64,000 bases of DNA from Vicinamibacterales bacterium (GTDB lineage Bacteria > Acidobacteriota > Vicinamibacteria > Vicinamibacterales > UBA8438). Below the pieces are notes generated by a model. It was not told where the DNA came from and did not search any database. It saw only the letters and a program-made list of their open reading frames with translations. Made by a program: the position numbers and the translations under genes. Position 1 is the stretch's first letter; every line of letters begins with the position of its first letter. Shown one piece after another: positions 1-8,542 of this stretch. Where the stretch lies: assembly GCA_965207665.1 (NCBI GenBank), contig CBDBMV010000002.1, positions 3,527,335 through 3,591,334 of the forward strand. The letters run 5' to 3'.

Positions 1-2
1 GT

Positions 3-317
3 TACGCCCCGGTGGGCTGGCTGACAACCTGGACCCATGCCGACCTCCGGTTCCAGAGACTGGCCGTTAGCGACCGGTCGTACATTGTTGCCAACCAGAC
101 GTCGGTGGAAGCCTTGCGGGGTGTCTGGTTGAGAGTATCGCCGCAAGTGCGATGGACAGACAACGACCCTCGGGGAGAAGTGCGCCGCATGGTGTACGGG
201 CTGGACTTCTACCCGCGGACCCACTGGCACGTGAATCTCTCCTACTACCGGGACCACCACCGATTCGGTGACCTGCACACGCAGACTCTTCTGGCGCAGT
301 TGCACCTTTATCTGTAG
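3..317 (+). CDS. C-terminal part of a probable outer-membrane beta-barrel protein (5' end outside window)
   Basis: Frame open from the window start; alternating aromatic/hydrophobic beta-strand pattern ending in ...LLAQLHLYL (beta-signal-like). Confidence 0.6.
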   Translation, partial: YAPVGWLTTWTHADLRFQRLAVSDRSYIVANQTSVEALRGVWLRVSPQVRWTDNDPRGEVRRMVYGLDFYPRTHWHVNLSYYRDHHRFGDLHTQTLLAQLHLYL

Positions 318-381
318 GGCGGGCCGCCCGAGCGGAAGCCGTCAAGAAAGGCTTTCGTCTTTCGGGCTCGGCAGCCGCGGC

Positions 382-459
382 GACCGAGGGGGAGGGCGGT
401 TGGTCCGATTGCCGGCCGCGGGGTAGCCCGGTCGCCCGGCGGTCCAGCATTACAGCGCC
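382..459 (+). repeat. 78-bp perfect inverted repeat, left copy (partner 6286-6363)
   Basis: gaccgagggggagggcggttggtcc...ccagcattacagcgcc is the exact reverse complement of 6286-6363; extends to 369-459 / 6286-6376 with 2 mismatches. Confidence 0.97.
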
Positions 460-603
460 TGGCAGGATAGATACTTCTTCCGCAGTCCCCGTAGCGATTA
501 CCCCCGAGAAACAAGGGTGCACCTCGCAGCACCTCTCCGGTCCCCCCATCCCGCCCGACATTCCGATGCGGATTCGGCACTTGAGACGTGGACGATGGGG
601 AGG

Positions 604-635
604 CGATTCTGCGAGCGCGAGCGCTCGCAGAATCG
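604..635. terminator. 15-bp perfect hairpin downstream of the integrase
   Basis: cgattctgcgagcgc-ga-gcgctcgcagaatcg, about 40 nt past the integrase stop; no U-tract. Confidence 0.5.
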
Positions 636-673
636 AGCCGGCCTCGCGGCGGTTCTTGGAAGCGTCATGACCA

Positions 674-1891
674 TCACAGCGGGAGCGACTGCGCCTGGCC
701 GCCCTCCAGGTAGGCCGCCCACTCGTTCATGAGCCGGCGCCTCCGCTCGAACAGGTCCGACCGCGCATACGCCGCCTCGGTCCGGTTCGTCACCACGTGC
801 GCCAGGGCCGATTCGATCACCGCGCGCGGGTAGCTGGTCGTCTCCGCCGCCCAGTCGCGGAAGCTCGAGCGGAAGCCGTGCGGCACGCCGGCGACCTTGT
901 GGTTCTTCAGCAGTCGGGAAAGTCGCGTCACGCCGATCGGCCTGCCGCCCTGGCCGGGAAACACCAGTGGGCTGCTGCCATGGTCGAGCGCCCGCGCCGC
1001 ATCGAGGATCTGCACCGCGCGCCTCGAGAGCGGCACCCGGTGCTCGCGCAGCGCCTTCGTGCGCACAGGCGGAATCGTCCATACGCGGGAGGCCAGGTCG
1101 ACCTCCTCCCACCGCGCGCCGCGCACCTCGCCCGAGCGGGTGGCCGTCAGCACCAGAAACTCGAAGGCCAGCTTCACGGCCGGCGAGGCGCCCGAGGCCG
1201 ATATCGTCCGGATCGCCTCGGCCACTTCGGAGTGGTGCAGCGCCGGCATGTGCCGCACCAGGTCCTTCTGCGGTCCGAGGACCGGTCCGATGCGGTCGCA
1301 CGGGTTGTCGGCCCTCAGCTGCATGGCCACGGCCCACTCCATCACCGCGCTGACCCGCTGGCGCAGCCGCCGCGCGGTCTCGGGCCGGATGTGCCAGACC
1401 CTCCGCAGCGCGTCGAGCACGTCGGCGCTGGTGACCTCTGACACCGCCATGCGGCCGATGCGCGGGAAGGTCCAGCGCTCGAGGCTCGCCAGCCATTCTC
1501 TGGAGTGCCGGTCGTTGCGCCAGCCGAGATGCTTGTCGGCCCACACCCGCTCGGCGGCCTCGGCGAAGGTCGGCATGCCGTTGGCGCGGCGACGGTCGGC
1601 CAGGGGGTCGCCGCCGGCGCGGGCGGCCTTGCGGTTCGAGAATGCCTGCGCACGGGCTTCGTTGAGCGAGACGAGCGGGAAGCCCCCGAGTCCGAGCTCG
1701 CGGCGGCGGCCGCGGATGACGAGGCGCTGGACCCAGCTTCGTGCGCCGGAGGGCTTGACCTGCAGGTAGAGCGCATTGCCGTCGCTGTAGCGCCCGGCGC
1801 CGGCGACGTTGCGGGCGAAGGTGGTAGAGAGCGCGTCGACGGGATGCCGGCCCTTGGGCTTGCGCTTGTCAGGGGGGTTCCGGCGCGCCAC
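674..1891 (-). CDS. P4-like tyrosine recombinase/integrase with N-terminal arm-binding domain
   Basis: N-terminal GRYSDGNALYLQV...ELGLGGFPLVSLNEAR arm-binding signature; catalytic residues intact: LTATRSGEVR, TKA, HGFRSSFRDW, LAH, AYARSD; GAGGAG upstream of GTG. Confidence 0.95.
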   Translation of the reverse strand: MARRNPPDKRKPKGRHPVDALSTTFARNVAGAGRYSDGNALYLQVKPSGARSWVQRLVIRGRRRELGLGGFPLVSLNEARAQAFSNRKAARAGGDPLADRRRANGMPTFAEAAERVWADKHLGWRNDRHSREWLASLERWTFPRIGRMAVSEVTSADVLDALRRVWHIRPETARRLRQRVSAVMEWAVAMQLRADNPCDRIGPVLGPQKDLVRHMPALHHSEVAEAIRTISASGASPAVKLAFEFLVLTATRSGEVRGARWEEVDLASRVWTIPPVRTKALREHRVPLSRRAVQILDAARALDHGSSPLVFPGQGGRPIGVTRLSRLLKNHKVAGVPHGFRSSFRDWAAETTSYPRAVIESALAHVVTNRTEAAYARSDLFERRRRLMNEWAAYLEGGQAQSLPL

Positions 1892-2306
1892 GCGGTGTCG
1901 ATCTCCTCACGGTTGACTGCGACGCGGACCATCTCACGGTCCTTCCAGGCCCTCTCCGAGGCGATTGCCGCCGACTCGGCCGGCCGCAGACCACGCAGCA
2001 CGGACGAGCGGGGCGGGAAACCGGGGCTTTGTCAGCGGCGGAGAGTCTGTCCGATGGCCGCTGCCGGGGGGAAGTGTGATCCGTCACGCGCCGGCGCCGG
2101 CGGTAGGCGCGTTGACGGTCGCGGTGGTCGAGACGACCTTCGAGGCTGCGCTGGTGGCGTGCCCGGGCGGCGCGGACGGACCGCGTCCGGCTGACCGCGC
2201 GGCACCACTCCGAGCAGTAGGCGTGGCCGCGGTCGCACGACGCGCAGATGGCGAAGGGTTGGCGGCACTCGCGGCAGGTCCGCTGGCGGAGGGGCGGCGG
2301 GTCCAC
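1869..2306 (-). CDS. Cys/Arg-rich putative zinc-binding protein resembling IS21-associated accessory ORFs
   Basis: CREC...CASCDRGHAYCSEWC...GRLDHRDRQRAYR...CVVCGR pattern; 3' end overlaps the integrase start. Family link is from memory. Confidence 0.7.
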   Translation of the reverse strand: MDPPPLRQRTCRECRQPFAICASCDRGHAYCSEWCRAVSRTRSVRAARARHQRSLEGRLDHRDRQRAYRRRRRVTDHTSPRQRPSDRLSAADKAPVSRPARPCCVVCGRPSRRQSPRRGPGRTVRWSASQSTVRRSTPRGAPEPP

Positions 2307-2406
2307 GACATCGGAGCGCGCAGGGCAAGCTCCGACTGGACAACGAGCCGCGGCCGTGTCACAAAGGGACCGGCTGTCTCGGACTGTCGGAGCTCGAGGC
2401 GGTCAC

Positions 2407-2435
2407 GAGGGTCTGGTGGGTAAGACCAGACCCTC
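2407..2435. repeat. 11-bp stem hairpin upstream of the Cys-rich ORF
   Basis: gagggtctggt-gggtaag-accagaccctc. Confidence 0.6.
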
Positions 2436-2597
2436 ACCCCACGACTGAGTCCGATTTCCAAGCTATCCGAATGCGTCGCCGCTGGCCACAGTGGGTCTCG
2501 ACGCCGGCACCCCTTCAGCACCCTGCTCGACGACGTGTGCGCGGAGAGGCGCCGGGCTACCTCATTCGATCCGCCATTCGGAGAAAAAGAAACTCAG

Positions 2598-2626
2598 AAG
2601 TGTGCAGTTTTCAGTTGCCACTGGCA
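2598..2626 (-). mobile_element. Probable solitary IS21-family terminal inverted repeat
   Basis: Minus strand reads TGCCAGTGGCAACTGAAAACTGCACACTT: a TG terminus plus an A-rich motif resembling IS21-family ends. No istA/istB or partner end seen. Confidence 0.5.
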
Positions 2627-2916
2627 TGCGGCTGATGACCGGCGGCCGAGGCCAACTGGCAGATCGCCCGGAAGACACGCTGGCGGCGGGTGCAGACCGT
2701 CCACTGCCCGGTGGGGCTGCGCCGGTACCGCCAGGATCCGCGCGGCCGCCGCGGTTTGCCGTTGGGCGTGACAGGCGCCTGCACGTATACCGAGTTCCGG
2801 GGGGCGAGCTCGTAGCGGTCTTCTCCGATTCCCCGGCCCGACGCGCTCTGGACGACCCGGACGCAGGGAAACCGTTCCTTTACCTCGGCGCGCAGCAGCT
2901 CGAGATGTTGCCGTGA
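2626..2916 (+). pseudogene. Possible 3' fragment of a gene cut by the IS-like end
   Basis: Protein-like C-terminus (RLHVYRVPGGELVAVFSDS...PFLYLGAQQLEMLP) starting at the IS-like terminus; no RBS. Confidence 0.3.
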
Positions 2917-2963
2917 AGTCAATCCGTCCATGCCAGCAATGCGCCGAACCCGAGTTACGCCGC

Positions 2964-3004
2964 AAAAAGTAAAGGGACGCAGCGCATCGGCGCTGCGTCC
3001 CTTT
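2964..3004 (-). terminator. Rho-independent terminator of the surface-protein pair
   Basis: aaagggacgcagcgc-atcg-gcgctgcgtcccttt stem; minus strand continues TTTACTTTTT. Confidence 0.85.
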
Positions 3005-3041
3005 CCGAATGCCGTTCCCCCTGCACCCGTTGTCAGTGAAG

Positions 3042-4640
3042 CTACTGCCGGCGCCGCCGATACAGCCGCGCGCCGCCTGCCGTCAGGAGCAATGCCAGAA
3101 TCAACTGGCCGACCAGTGGCAGCACGGGAACCGCGGTGGAGCCGACCACGGTCACCGTTATCGAACGCGGGTCGCCGATGTTCGCGCCGCTGGCATCCGT
3201 GATGGTCACCGTGGCCGTCTTCTCCTCGCCATCTTCGAGTGACTCATCCCCAAGGGCCCTGATCGTCAGCTCGGCATTGGCGCTGCCGCCGAACTCCACC
3301 GAGCCTCCCGAGATCGCGCTGCCGTTCTGTTCCAGCGAGATGCGGGCACCGCCGCTCACCGACACCGTTGCCGAACCTACTTGACTACCCTGATCGGTGT
3401 CCGCGAGGAGGTGGACCGTTTCGCTGCCGCCCTCGTCGATGCTGACGCTCGCCTTCGAGAACGTGACAGTCGGCGTCTCCTCGCCGCTCAGGAGCCTGAC
3501 GGTGGCCGGATCCGCATCTTCTATGGCCCCGCCGTCACCACGTTTCTGCGCTTCGGTTCTCCCTTCCATCAGCGTGAACGTTATCTCCTCGTCCCTGAAC
3601 CCGGACACGTCTATCGCCTTGATAGTCAGATCGATACCGTCGTCGGTACCCGCTGCCGCGGCGACCGCGCCGGTTGCCGCGCCGCCCGTTGCGCTTGTAT
3701 CGATCCCGATAGTGCCGACAATGTACCTGCCCTCGCGGTCGGTCTCGAGGTCCGTCGCTGGTGCCTCATCAATCATGGTGGCGTCTCTGTAGATCTTGAT
3801 AAGGCTGCCAACGGCCTCGGGCGGGGAGATGGAAAGCAGGAGCTCGTCACTGCTACCACCGCGATCAGTTCCTTCACCATCAAGGCTAGTTAGCTTGCCC
3901 CGGATACCAGTTCTTGCGCTGCTGGTGCCACTGATGTTCACACTGACCGTCATGGTCTGCATGTTTCCCTCGGCCAGTTGGATGCTGGACGGAGCGAACG
4001 CGAGCTTCGGCGCCGGGTCGTCATCCGCGATCGTCAGCGTCCGTTTCTGCGGCGTCGCCGTATATGTATTCCCGTCAGCACCCGCAAAGTTCGCGTTCAA
4101 TTCCAGAGTCAGAACTACCGTCTCTTCGTTCCAGTCGTTCTCGTCACGCATGTCCGTAACGAGCAGTTCGATCGTCCTCTCTATGTCAGCGCCAGTACCC
4201 GTCGGGCCATCTGTAGCTGCAAAATCGAACGTGGCTGAGGCTGCGAGCAACTCAGTTGACGCCCCCTTTTCTCGAACGCGAATGTCACAGTCGTCACCGT
4301 CTGCGCTCGCCACGCCGTTGCAGGTAGCTGTGATTTTGAGGGTGGGTTTGTTGACGTTGTTGAAAACAGGGCGCCTGACATCGGGGGTCGCAGCGTTGTT
4401 ATCGTGATCAGTCAAATAGGTTGGATCTGACCGCGATATAGTTAGCGTAACTCTATCCGGCGTGGCGTTGGAGTCATTAGCGCCCTCTTCCAGCGTGCCT
4501 GAAGACGCTCCCATTGTCAGTGTGAAGCGCGTCGGCGTCTGCGCCCACGCCGTCCCGGAGGACGCACCCAGGAGCACAGCCACGGCCAGGGCTGTGAGCA
4601 GGTAGCCCCGTCGCACAAAGGTTGATCTCGCTACGTTCAT
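3042..4640 (-). CDS. Secreted surface protein A, Calx-beta/Ig-like repeats, IPTL-CTERM-like C-terminal sorting tail
   Basis: Start moved to ATG 4640 (AAAGGAG RBS). Signal peptide ending TAWA-Q; acidic Thr/Gly-rich beta repeats (TIADDD, VTFSKASVSIDEG); tail VPVLPLVGQLILALLLTAGGARLYRRRRQ. Confidence 0.85.
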   Translation of the reverse strand: MNVARSTFVRRGYLLTALAVAVLLGASSGTAWAQTPTRFTLTMGASSGTLEEGANDSNATPDRVTLTISRSDPTYLTDHDNNAATPDVRRPVFNNVNKPTLKITATCNGVASADGDDCDIRVREKGASTELLAASATFDFAATDGPTGTGADIERTIELLVTDMRDENDWNEETVVLTLELNANFAGADGNTYTATPQKRTLTIADDDPAPKLAFAPSSIQLAEGNMQTMTVSVNISGTSSARTGIRGKLTSLDGEGTDRGGSSDELLLSISPPEAVGSLIKIYRDATMIDEAPATDLETDREGRYIVGTIGIDTSATGGAATGAVAAAAGTDDGIDLTIKAIDVSGFRDEEITFTLMEGRTEAQKRGDGGAIEDADPATVRLLSGEETPTVTFSKASVSIDEGGSETVHLLADTDQGSQVGSATVSVSGGARISLEQNGSAISGGSVEFGGSANAELTIRALGDESLEDGEEKTATVTITDASGANIGDPRSITVTVVGSTAVPVLPLVGQLILALLLTAGGARLYRRRRQ

Positions 4641-4705
4641 GACTGTCGCTCCTTTGGAGACTTGCGCTGGATGCGGCCGGAAGCCGGCGGACTCCAGATA
4701 CATTT

Positions 4706-4745
4706 AAGGGGAGCACCCGGCGCGTTCGCGCCGGGTGCTCCCCTT
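4706..4745. terminator. 19-bp perfect hairpin between the two surface-protein genes
   Basis: aaggggagcacccggcgcg-tt-cgcgccgggtgctcccctt; weak U-tract on the minus strand, so may be leaky or mRNA-stabilising. Confidence 0.7.
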
Positions 4746-4784
4746 CTAATCAACCGTTCCCCCCTAGCGCCGTGGACGATGAAA

Positions 4785-6206
4785 CTATCCGCGATGCCGG
4801 CGATACAGCCGCGAGCCGCCGGCCATCAGGAACAGAGCCAGGAGAAGCTGCCCGACGAGCGGCAGCGCCGGAACCGCAGTGGAACCCTCCACTGTGACGG
4901 TCAGCCAGTAGGCATCCTGATCTACGTTGGCGCCGTCTGCCTCCATGATCTTCCAGGTCTTGGACTTCATTTCGCCGTCCATCAGCTCGGGATCGCTCAT
5001 GGACATGGCCGTCAGTCGCGCGCTGTTGGTGTTTCCGAGGTCGACCATGACGTAGCCGTCCATCTCCTCCAGCATCTCGCCGTCCTGGTAGAGACCAACC
5101 ATGGCGGCACCCTCGACCGAGAGCTTCACCATTTCTACCTCCGCGCCGAACTGCCCTGAAGCGAGCAGAGTCGACGTTACGGAGCCACCTTCCATGACGC
5201 TCACGTCGGTCGGCGAGAACGAAACGGTCGGCTTAGGCTCGTTGCTGAGGACATTGATCATGGCCATCCCGCTACTGATGCCGCCACCAGCGGTTGCCTG
5301 GCCACCGGGCGATCTCCCATCCGTCAGCGTGAGATTGATCACGGGATCCTGGAATCCGGCCCTGTCGGAATTCGCCTCGATACTCAGGACGATACTCTCC
5401 GCAGGACTAGTACCAGCGACGGCAGTGTTGATGTCTCCGATGTTGTACCGACCCCTGGCGTCGGGAGTCGGGAGCGCAGCAAGAGCACCACCCGACGGCC
5501 CGAACATAATGGAAATGGGTCCATTCGTCGCGACCGCGTTTGCAGGATCCACGGACAGCATGATGGCACCACCAGCAGCAAGGGCGTTCAACGCCGTCTC
5601 CAGGGCACCTTCACCAGGCGATCCTGCCGGGCCGACACCCACCGTCACGTTGACCGTCGTGGTGCTGGTTTCAGTCAAATCGATAGTGGTCCTGTCGAAC
5701 CTGAGTTCAGGCGTCGGCTCGTTGTCATCGATCATGATGGTGACTTGAGCGGGATCGGGAACCACTCCCGGCTCGGTCGTGCGCAACGTCAGGACCAACT
5801 CCTCATCATCCCAATCCGCTTGGTCTTGGGGAATGACGATAGTCAGCGTTATTTCGTTCACACCGGGCGTGAAGGTAAGGTTGGCGGGCGAGGCGCCAAG
5901 CGCTCCAGCGGGACCATTAATCACCAAACCGGCGTAAGCCCCTCCGTTATGTTGGACGGTGAGTTCACCAGCCGCCTCAAAAGCGTTTGGATTGGTACGA
6001 GTAACCGTCCGACTCACGGTCACCTGCACGGGGGGTATCCCGGTGCCAGTTTCGCCGGCACCCTCCATCGCCATGATGGTGGTGTCACCCACGAACCCGA
6101 CGGTTTGCGCCGACGCCGTCCCTGGGGATGCCGCCAGCAGCACAGCCGCGGCAAGGGCAGTGAGCAGATAGCCCCTCCGCATGAAAGTTGTTCTCGCTCC
6201 GTTCAT
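4785..6206 (-). CDS. Secreted surface protein B, paralog of 3042-4640
   Basis: Same signal peptide (RRGYLLTALA...TASA-Q) and tail VPALPLVGQLLLALFLMAGGSRLYRRHRG; same AAAGGAGCGACAGTCATGAACG leader. Confidence 0.88.
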   Translation of the reverse strand: MNGARTTFMRRGYLLTALAAAVLLAASPGTASAQTVGFVGDTTIMAMEGAGETGTGIPPVQVTVSRTVTRTNPNAFEAAGELTVQHNGGAYAGLVINGPAGALGASPANLTFTPGVNEITLTIVIPQDQADWDDEELVLTLRTTEPGVVPDPAQVTIMIDDNEPTPELRFDRTTIDLTETSTTTVNVTVGVGPAGSPGEGALETALNALAAGGAIMLSVDPANAVATNGPISIMFGPSGGALAALPTPDARGRYNIGDINTAVAGTSPAESIVLSIEANSDRAGFQDPVINLTLTDGRSPGGQATAGGGISSGMAMINVLSNEPKPTVSFSPTDVSVMEGGSVTSTLLASGQFGAEVEMVKLSVEGAAMVGLYQDGEMLEEMDGYVMVDLGNTNSARLTAMSMSDPELMDGEMKSKTWKIMEADGANVDQDAYWLTVTVEGSTAVPALPLVGQLLLALFLMAGGSRLYRRHRG

Positions 6207-6285
6207 GACTGTCGCTCCTTTGAGACTAGGGGGTAACGGTTACGTTCTCTACATCCCCTGCCTCTCGGGCTGAACCGCCTTGAAC

Positions 6286-6363
6286 GGCGCTGTAATGCTG
6301 GACCGCCGGGCGACCGGGCTACCCCGCGGCCGGCAATCGGACCAACCGCCCTCCCCCTCGGTC
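6286..6363 (-). repeat. 78-bp perfect inverted repeat, right copy (partner 382-459)
   Basis: Exact reverse complement of 382-459; lies 80 nt upstream of the surface protein B start codon. Confidence 0.97.
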
Positions 6364-6482
6364 CCGGCGGCTGCCGGGTCGACGACGATGGTCTCCTCTT
6401 CGCTGGACGTGTTGGCGCGCTAACTGACACACTAACGAGCGGACTCTTGCGGCAGATCTTGAAAGCCGGGAGGTAGGGGGCG

Positions 6483-8492
6483 GTGTCCATCCAACTTGGT
6501 CGTCTTGTCGCGGGAATCTGCCTTGTCCTGGCCGTCGGATTCGGCGCTGTACCGCCTGCTGCGGCGCAGCCAGGCACCTCCGGAGGGGAGTGGCGGTACT
6601 ACGGCGGCGATCTGGCGAGCACCAAGTACTCGCCGCTGGATCAGATCGACCGGGACAACGTCGATCAACTCGATATCGCCTGGCGGTGGCGAACGGACAA
6701 CTTCGGGCCGCGGCTGGATTTCTACTTCCAGGCGACGCCGCTGATGGTCGGCGGCGTGCTGTACACCACGGCGGGATGGAGCCGCAACGTGGTGGCCATC
6801 GATGCCGCCACCGGCGAGACGCTGTGGATGTACCGCCTGGACGAGGGGGAACGCGGCAGCCGGGCGCCGATTCGCGCGGCAGCCGGCCGGGGCGTGGCGT
6901 ACTGGAGCGACGGACAGGGTGACGATCGCATCATTCACGTCACCAGAGGCTACCGCCTCGTCGCGCTGGACGCGGCCACGGGACTGCCCGTGAGCGCGTT
7001 CGGCGACGACGGCATGGTGGACCTCTACGAGAACCTCAACACCGGCCTGGACCGCCCGCCGATCGAGCCTGGCCAGATCGGCGTGAACTCGCCGGCCACG
7101 ATCGTCGGCGACGTGATCGTCGTCGGTGCGGCGCTGCGCGCCACCGCGCCCGCGCCCGAGTTCCCGGCCGGCTTCGTCCGCGGGTTCGACGCGCGCACCG
7201 GCGAGCAGTTGTGGATCTTTCACACGATCCCGCAGCCCGGCGAGTTCGGGAACGACACCTGGGAGAACGACTCCTGGCGCTACTCCGGCAACACGGGCGT
7301 CTGGGCGCCGATGTCGGCGGACGAGGAGCTGGGCTACGTCTACCTGCCCGTCGAGACCCCGACGAACGACCTCTACGGCGGCCACCGCCCCGGCGACAAC
7401 CTGTTCGCGGAGAGCCTGGTCTGTCTCGACGCGAAGACGGGCGAGCGGGTCTGGCACTTCCAGTTCGTGCACCACGGCGTCTGGGACTACGACACGCCGA
7501 CCGCGCCGACGCTGCTCGACATCACGGTGGGCGGCCGGCGCATCAAGGCGGTCGCGCAGGTGACCAAGCAGGCCTTCACCTACGTCTTCGACCGCGTCAC
7601 CGGCGAGCCGGTGTGGCCGATCGAGGAACGCCCCGTTCCCCAATCCAACGTGCCCGGCGAGCAGACGGCGCCGACGCAGCCATTTCCGACACGGCCCGCG
7701 CCTTTCGACCGGCAGGGCGTCTCGGGCGACGACCTGCTCGACTTCACCGCGGAGCTGAACGCCGAAGCGCGGAGGATCGCGTCGGAGTACCGGATGGGTC
7801 CGCTCTACACCCCGCCGATCCTGGCGGGCGACGGCGGCCTGCGGGCGCTGCTGATGCTGCCGCACATGACCGGCGGGGCCAACTGGCAGGGCGGGGCCGT
7901 GGACCCGGAGACCGGCATCCTGTACGTGGCCTCGGTGACGAACCCGACGGTTGCCGGACTGGCCAGCAACCCCACCGTCTCGACGATGGACTACGTGATG
8001 GGACGGGGCCAGCGCCGACGCGGCCCGGCCGCATTGGAGCAGCCGCAGGGCTGCGGCGAGATCGGTCCGCTGGGACTCCCGCTGATCAAGCCGCCCTGGG
8101 GGCGGATCACGGCGATCGATCTGAACACCGGCGATCACCTCTGGATGGTGCCGAACGGCGATACGCCCGACTGCGTGAAGGACCATCCGGCGCTCAGCGG
8201 TGTCGAGATACCCAGGACCGGGAAACCCGAGCGCAGCGGCATCCTGGTCACCAGGACGCTGATGTTCGCCGGCGAAGGCGCGGGCGTCTTCGCCACGCCC
8301 ACATGGGCGGGAGGACCGATGTTCTACGCCTACGACAAGCGAACGGGCGACATCGTCTGGGAATTCGAGCTGCCCAAGAACCAGAGCGGCATTCCCATGA
8401 CCTACATGGTCGACGGTCGCCAATATATCGCCATGGCGGTCAGCGCTCGCGGTGAGCCGGCCGAGCTGGTGGCGCTTGCGTTACCGAGGTAA
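6483..8492 (+). CDS. PQQ-dependent dehydrogenase (quinoprotein glucose dehydrogenase-like), secreted
   Basis: Signal peptide; WRYYGGD...YSPLDQI, ATPLMVGG, WHFQFVHHGVWDYD, KPPWGRITAIDL, PMTYMVDGRQYI motifs. Confidence 0.92.
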   Translation: MSIQLGRLVAGICLVLAVGFGAVPPAAAQPGTSGGEWRYYGGDLASTKYSPLDQIDRDNVDQLDIAWRWRTDNFGPRLDFYFQATPLMVGGVLYTTAGWSRNVVAIDAATGETLWMYRLDEGERGSRAPIRAAAGRGVAYWSDGQGDDRIIHVTRGYRLVALDAATGLPVSAFGDDGMVDLYENLNTGLDRPPIEPGQIGVNSPATIVGDVIVVGAALRATAPAPEFPAGFVRGFDARTGEQLWIFHTIPQPGEFGNDTWENDSWRYSGNTGVWAPMSADEELGYVYLPVETPTNDLYGGHRPGDNLFAESLVCLDAKTGERVWHFQFVHHGVWDYDTPTAPTLLDITVGGRRIKAVAQVTKQAFTYVFDRVTGEPVWPIEERPVPQSNVPGEQTAPTQPFPTRPAPFDRQGVSGDDLLDFTAELNAEARRIASEYRMGPLYTPPILAGDGGLRALLMLPHMTGGANWQGGAVDPETGILYVASVTNPTVAGLASNPTVSTMDYVMGRGQRRRGPAALEQPQGCGEIGPLGLPLIKPPWGRITAIDLNTGDHLWMVPNGDTPDCVKDHPALSGVEIPRTGKPERSGILVTRTLMFAGEGAGVFATPTWAGGPMFYAYDKRTGDIVWEFELPKNQSGIPMTYMVDGRQYIAMAVSARGEPAELVALALPR

Positions 8493-8542
8493 GGCAGGCT
8501 GCGTGCGCGTCGTCCACTTGTCATTCGGGGGATAATGAAGCG

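Noticed and set aside
517-732. 71-aa plus-strand ORF after the left repeat
   Set aside because: Runs through a 15-bp hairpin and overlaps the integrase 3' end; no recognisable features.
320-3000. tRNA/tmRNA-type attachment site or prophage for the P4-like integrase
   Set aside because: No tRNA 3' fragment, direct-repeat att pair or phage genes found.
4698-4705. ATACATTT matching half of the candidate LexA box
   Set aside because: Only a half-site, at the foot of a hairpin; likely chance.
3042-6206. Diversity-generating retroelement or classical shufflon behind the surface-gene variation
   Set aside because: No reverse transcriptase, no TR/VR pair, and no short repeated crossover sites or inverted partial cassettes within the genes.
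6412-6428. Sigma-54-like TTGGCGCG upstream of the PQQ dehydrogenase
   Set aside because: The -12 position reads GA rather than the required GC.
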